From Promethearchaeota archaeon (GTDB lineage Archaea; Asgardarchaeota; Lokiarchaeia; Sigyniarchaeales; SOKP01), in assembly GCA_048941265.1 (NCBI GenBank), contig JBHLNT010000066.1, positions 1 to 21,822 on the forward strand: 21,822 bases of DNA. The letters run 5' to 3'. Positions 18,342 through 21,822 of the stretch are shown one piece after another. The notes beneath the pieces were generated by a model that was given only the letters and a program-made list of their open reading frames with translations, did no database searches and was not told the origin of the DNA. A program made the translations under genes and the position numbers. Positions within the stretch are counted from its first letter, which is position 1; each line of letters begins with the position of its first letter.

Positions 18342-18423
18342 ATGTAAAATTTTCTTTAAAAAGAAAAAATATATGAAAATTTTTTTTTAAAAAGAAAAAA
18401 GCAATGAAAAATTTTTTATCAAA
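18342..18423. repeat. Imperfect ~31-bp AT-rich tandem repeat (about 2.6 copies)
   Basis: ATGTAAAATTTTCTTTAAAAAGAAAAAATAT / ATGAAAATTTTTTTTTAAAAAGAAAAAAGCA / ATGAAAAATTTTTTATCAAA. Confidence 0.5.
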
Positions 18424-18465
18424 TATCTAAAAATGATAATAGTGTAATAAATGTGTGTATATCAA

Positions 18466-19224
18466 TTAGATACCTAATAATTCTTTTACTTTTTCAACGA
18501 TTGGGGGTAGCACATCTATAATATCATCAAAAAATCGTAAATCTGCCACTCTATCATATGGTGTTTCTCCTCTATTTAAAATAATGAGTTTCGATCCCGA
18601 TTGTTTCGCAATCCCCGGCATATTCGCTGCAGGAGTCACGACTAGGGAAGAACCAATTACAAAAAAAACATCAGAAGCTTCAGATCTTCTCATTGATTCA
18701 TATAACTCATCTTCTGGTAGAGGGTCTCCGAAATTTACAATACTATTAATTAATCTTCCGCTACAATTGGGACATTTTGGTTGCCCATCCTTAACTCTTT
18801 CTGTTCTATATCCTCTCCCCCATTTATTTTTATCCCATCCAGCCTCTTCGAAAAGCAATTTTTTGTTACAATCCAAACATTTCATATAATACATGTTACC
18901 ATGAAGTTCTGCCATTATTTCAAACGGAATACCTGATTTTGCATGTAAACCATCTATATTTTGAGAAATTAAATAGTCTAATTTTCCAATTTTTAAGAGA
19001 TCTACTATAGCATAATGAGCAATATTCGGTTTAACTTGATCCCACGGAGGAGATTCAGGGGGGGGTAATCCTGCATCTCTTCGAGTCCACATCCCATCTG
19101 GACCACGAAAGTCAGGTAATCCAGAGTGAGTCGATATACCAGCTCCAGTAAATACTACAAGCTTTTTTGATTCAGCTATCCATTCCGCTGCTAATTTTAT
19201 CTTGTTTTCCAAATCTTTTTCCAT
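18466..19224 (-). CDS. Sir2-family NAD-dependent protein deacylase (class IV-like)
   Basis: [21 protein letters not shown], ELHGN, two CxxC pairs, GSSLVV.PA and LN.GET motifs. Confidence 0.95.
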   Translation of the reverse strand: [252 protein letters not shown]

Positions 19225-19316
19225 ATTAGATACCTATTTAAGGTTTAAAATTATCCTAAAGATCATTAAAAATTTTCTAATTCACGATATATAAAAATTA
19301 TAATAATTAGCTCTTT

Positions 19317-20078
19317 TTAATCATTTTTCATTAGAATTTTTACTTTCTCAACAATAGAAGGCAAAACTTCAGCAATGGAATCAGAAAATCTTATATCAGC
19401 TATGTTATCATATGGAGTTTCTCCTTGGTTTAGAAGGATTAATTTAGAACCATTTTGTTGAGCAATTCCAGGCATATATGCTGCAGGATAGACCACTAAA
19501 GATGAACCTATAACGAAAAATACATCACTTCGTGCTGATCTCCTCATTGATTCCTCTAATTCATCTTGAGGAAGGGGATCTCCAAAATTAACAATGCTAC
19601 TAATTAGCCTTCCTTCACAATCCGGACATCTAGGATGCCTTTTTCGTGGTTTCGACATTCTAAATCCCATTCCGTGTATTCTTTTATTCCAACCTGCTTT
19701 TTCAAATGTTAACTTTTTTCCACAACTTAAACATTTCATAAAGTACAAATTTCCGTGTAATTCTGCTAATTTATCAAAAGGAATTCCAGATTTTGCGTGA
19801 AGTCCATCTATATTCTGTGAAATTAAATAATCTAACTTACCCATTTCCAATAATTCTTCTATTAAATAATGGCCTTGATTTGGTTGTACCTGATCCCATG
19901 GCGGTGATTTTGGGGGAGGTAAACCTTTATCCCTTCTCGTCCACATCCCATCTGGACCACGGAAATCAGGTAGCCCGCTATCAGTAGATATTCCTGCTCC
20001 TGTAAATACAACAAGTCTCTGAGATTCTACTATCCATTTTGCGGCCAACTCAATTTTTTCTTTAAGATCTATTTCCAT
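19317..20078 (-). CDS. Sir2-family NAD-dependent protein deacylase (class IV-like), tandem paralogue
   Basis: Same motifs as the neighbouring copy. ATG 20078 chosen by alignment; the ORF track gives TTG 20087. Confidence 0.95.
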   Translation of the reverse strand: [253 protein letters not shown]

Positions 20079-20223
20079 ATTACACAAATAAACTATTTGT
20101 TTATTAAAAGATATTGTAATTAGTCCATAACTAAAATAATAATAAAAAAAACTCTTATCAAATAAAAAAAGATTAATTAATAATTGGATAAATTATATAC
20201 TAAAATCACGGAATTAAATTAAG

Positions 20224-21639
20224 ATGGCAAAGAAAAAATCCAAAAAGGAAAGTTTAGATGGCAATAATTTCAAATTATTTTTAAAGTCAATGACAGTTGC
20301 TAAGATTAAAGAATTAATTGATTATTATAACGAAAAATTTGTCATCAATGGACCTAAAGATGAATTGATAAAAGGATTTTCTAATCTTAAAAAAGCAGAA
20401 TTAGTTGGTTTTGTCGATGCTTCGTTGAGTGAATCTGAGAAAAAAGAATTATATAATGAATTTGAATCGGAAATTGTACAGACTTTGATTACAGATGCTC
20501 TTTCTTTAGTGAGCGGGGAACATAAGGTTGAGCAAATTCAAAATGCTTCTATTATTTCAGGGGGGAAAGGTTATAGAGTGTGGTTTAAGGGTAAATATGG
20601 CTCAAATAAAGCTTCTTTACAAATCTTAGATAATATGATTAAAAAGAGCTGTACCTGCAAATTAGGGAGTATGGACGGAATTTGTATGCATCAAATGGCT
20701 ATTTATTTAATGCTTTTAAGCAAAAAATCTATAGATTTAGAAGATTTACCTTTCAATGTAGACAATACGTGGTTTAAATCAATTCAGAAAAGATTGGATC
20801 TCCTTGCTGCTCAAAGTTTATTTAAAGAAGAACCCGCCATCATGTTTTCGAATGGTTATTCCATCTATATTAGCGGAGATCTTATTACCTTGGAGTGGGG
20901 AGGAGATTATGCAGGTCGCATTACTAAGGATATATCCGAAGAAGGAAAAGAAGTTGATGCGTGGGTTGCCCAAAAAGTAGTCGATATATTGCTTAAACCT
21001 ATTAAGATAAAAACAAAAGAGGGAGCACCAAATAAATTAGTTATTGATTCCTATGGAGTTGTATCAAAAATAATGCAAGATTCCAAAATAGTAGATAAAA
21101 TATTAAAAAAATTTGCTAAACTTGAAGATCCAAGTTTACCTTCAGATGATAATTCTCTCGAAGTGTTTTTAAAAAGTGATTTAAAAGAACATACTGCAGA
21201 ATTAAAGATTGAGCCCCCCTTTGAAGCGTATATTGGAAATGAACCTTTTTTATTTGTGAGTTATACCCATAAGGATAAAATGGAAGTATATCCAATTCTA
21301 GAGAAATTATATAATAGCGGAATTAACATCTGGTATGATGAAGGAATCCCTCTAAGTACCGATTGGTGCAACACTCTTGCGGAAAAAATATTGGATTGTA
21401 ATGTCTTTTTATCATTTATTTCCCCCTATGTAAATGAATCGGATAATACCCAGGATGAAATACAATTTGCAATCAATGAAAAAAAAACCTTTCTTGCGGT
21501 TTATTTAAGCGAAGGGGATCTTTCTCCTGGTTTAAAAATGAGAATGAGAAGAATTCAAGGTATTGAGAAATTTAATATGGACCAGGAAAGATTTTTTGAT
21601 AAACTATTAAGCGAAATCAATAGATTGGTTACAATTTAA
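20224..21639 (+). CDS. SWIM zinc finger and C-terminal TIR domain protein
   Basis: CTC-x8-CMH SWIM motif; TIR features FVSYTHKD, IWYDEGI, W...LAEKI, FISPYVNES and DEIQFA. Confidence 0.85.
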   Translation: MAKKKSKKESLDGNNFKLFLKSMTVAKIKELIDYYNEKFVINGPKDELIKGFSNLKKAELVGFVDASLSESEKKELYNEFESEIVQTLITDALSLVSGEHKVEQIQNASIISGGKGYRVWFKGKYGSNKASLQILDNMIKKSCTCKLGSMDGICMHQMAIYLMLLSKKSIDLEDLPFNVDNTWFKSIQKRLDLLAAQSLFKEEPAIMFSNGYSIYISGDLITLEWGGDYAGRITKDISEEGKEVDAWVAQKVVDILLKPIKIKTKEGAPNKLVIDSYGVVSKIMQDSKIVDKILKKFAKLEDPSLPSDDNSLEVFLKSDLKEHTAELKIEPPFEAYIGNEPFLFVSYTHKDKMEVYPILEKLYNSGINIWYDEGIPLSTDWCNTLAEKILDCNVFLSFISPYVNESDNTQDEIQFAINEKKTFLAVYLSEGDLSPGLKMRMRRIQGIEKFNMDQERFFDKLLSEINRLVTI

Positions 21640-21652
21640 TTATATACTTAAA

Positions 21653-21822
21653 TTATCTCTTTTTTAATAATCCTATTAACGATAAAAGATTATTCTCAAG
21701 ACCATAATCTTTTATTTTGGAAAGTGGTTCCTCAATCAAACCAATTTCTTTTGAATGATGAGCATCACTCCCAATACCGACTGGGATTTGACATTTCTTC
21801 AATTTTCCGAAAAAAATTTCAT
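21653..21822 (-). CDS. PHP-domain protein, C-terminal fragment (5' part outside the window)
   Basis: Manual translation gives ...EIFFGKLKKCQIPVGIGSDAHHSKEIG...LLKKR*. GSDAH is the PHP C-terminal metal-binding motif. Confidence 0.75.
   Translation of the reverse strand, partial: EIFFGKLKKCQIPVGIGSDAHHSKEIGLIEEPLSKIKDYGLENNLLSLIGLLKKR

Noticed and set aside
18342-18423. CRISPR-like array
   Set aside because: The repeats are contiguous, low-complexity and without spacers, and no cas genes are present.
935-19987. Many short antisense or overlapping ORFs (e.g. 935-1204, 2813-3115, 8429-8677, 17667-18083, 18584-18889)
   Set aside because: They are shadows of well-supported genes on the opposite strand and carry no recognisable motifs.
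18466-21639. Canonical Thoeris system
   Set aside because: The sirtuins are Zn-finger deacylase types with no SLOG or Macro domain, and the genes are divergent. Kept only as a looser hypothesis.
1-21822. tRNA, rRNA or mobile elements
   Set aside because: Intergenic regions are short and very AT-rich with no GC-rich structured stretch, and there is no transposase or integrase motif.

Overview
AT-rich archaeal chromosomal segment, most consistent with an Asgard archaeon of the Lokiarchaeia type. This is inferred from the Sm-rpl37e pair, a Roadblock/LC7 protein, a eukaryote-like ubiquitin, SepCysS, EndA, PINA and a TIR-domain protein. It holds 24 CDS, two of them cut by the window edges. I found no rRNA, tRNA, CRISPR array or transposase. 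Housekeeping and metabolic genes (hydroxyacyl-CoA dehydratase subunit, thiolase, nadA, pscS, HycI-like protease, MFS) are mixed with three tandem paralogue pairs (gamma-carbonic anhydrase family, two-domain iron-sulfur flavoproteins, sirtuins). The main points of interest are: (i) two sirtuins with the eukaryotic class IV (SIRT6/7) signature, divergent from a SWIM-TIR protein; (ii) a wHTH regulator with a triple operator-like repeat, divergent from a coiled-coil/polyproline microprotein, a ubiquitin-like precursor (GG-I) and an HD protein that may start at a non-AUG codon; (iii) an E1-like enzyme lacking the usual catalytic Cys, coupled to Roadblock; and (iv) a catalytically dead EndA subunit coupled to a PINA that lacks the KH domain. 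Family assignments come from motifs recognised by eye and reference sequences recalled from memory. No searches were run.
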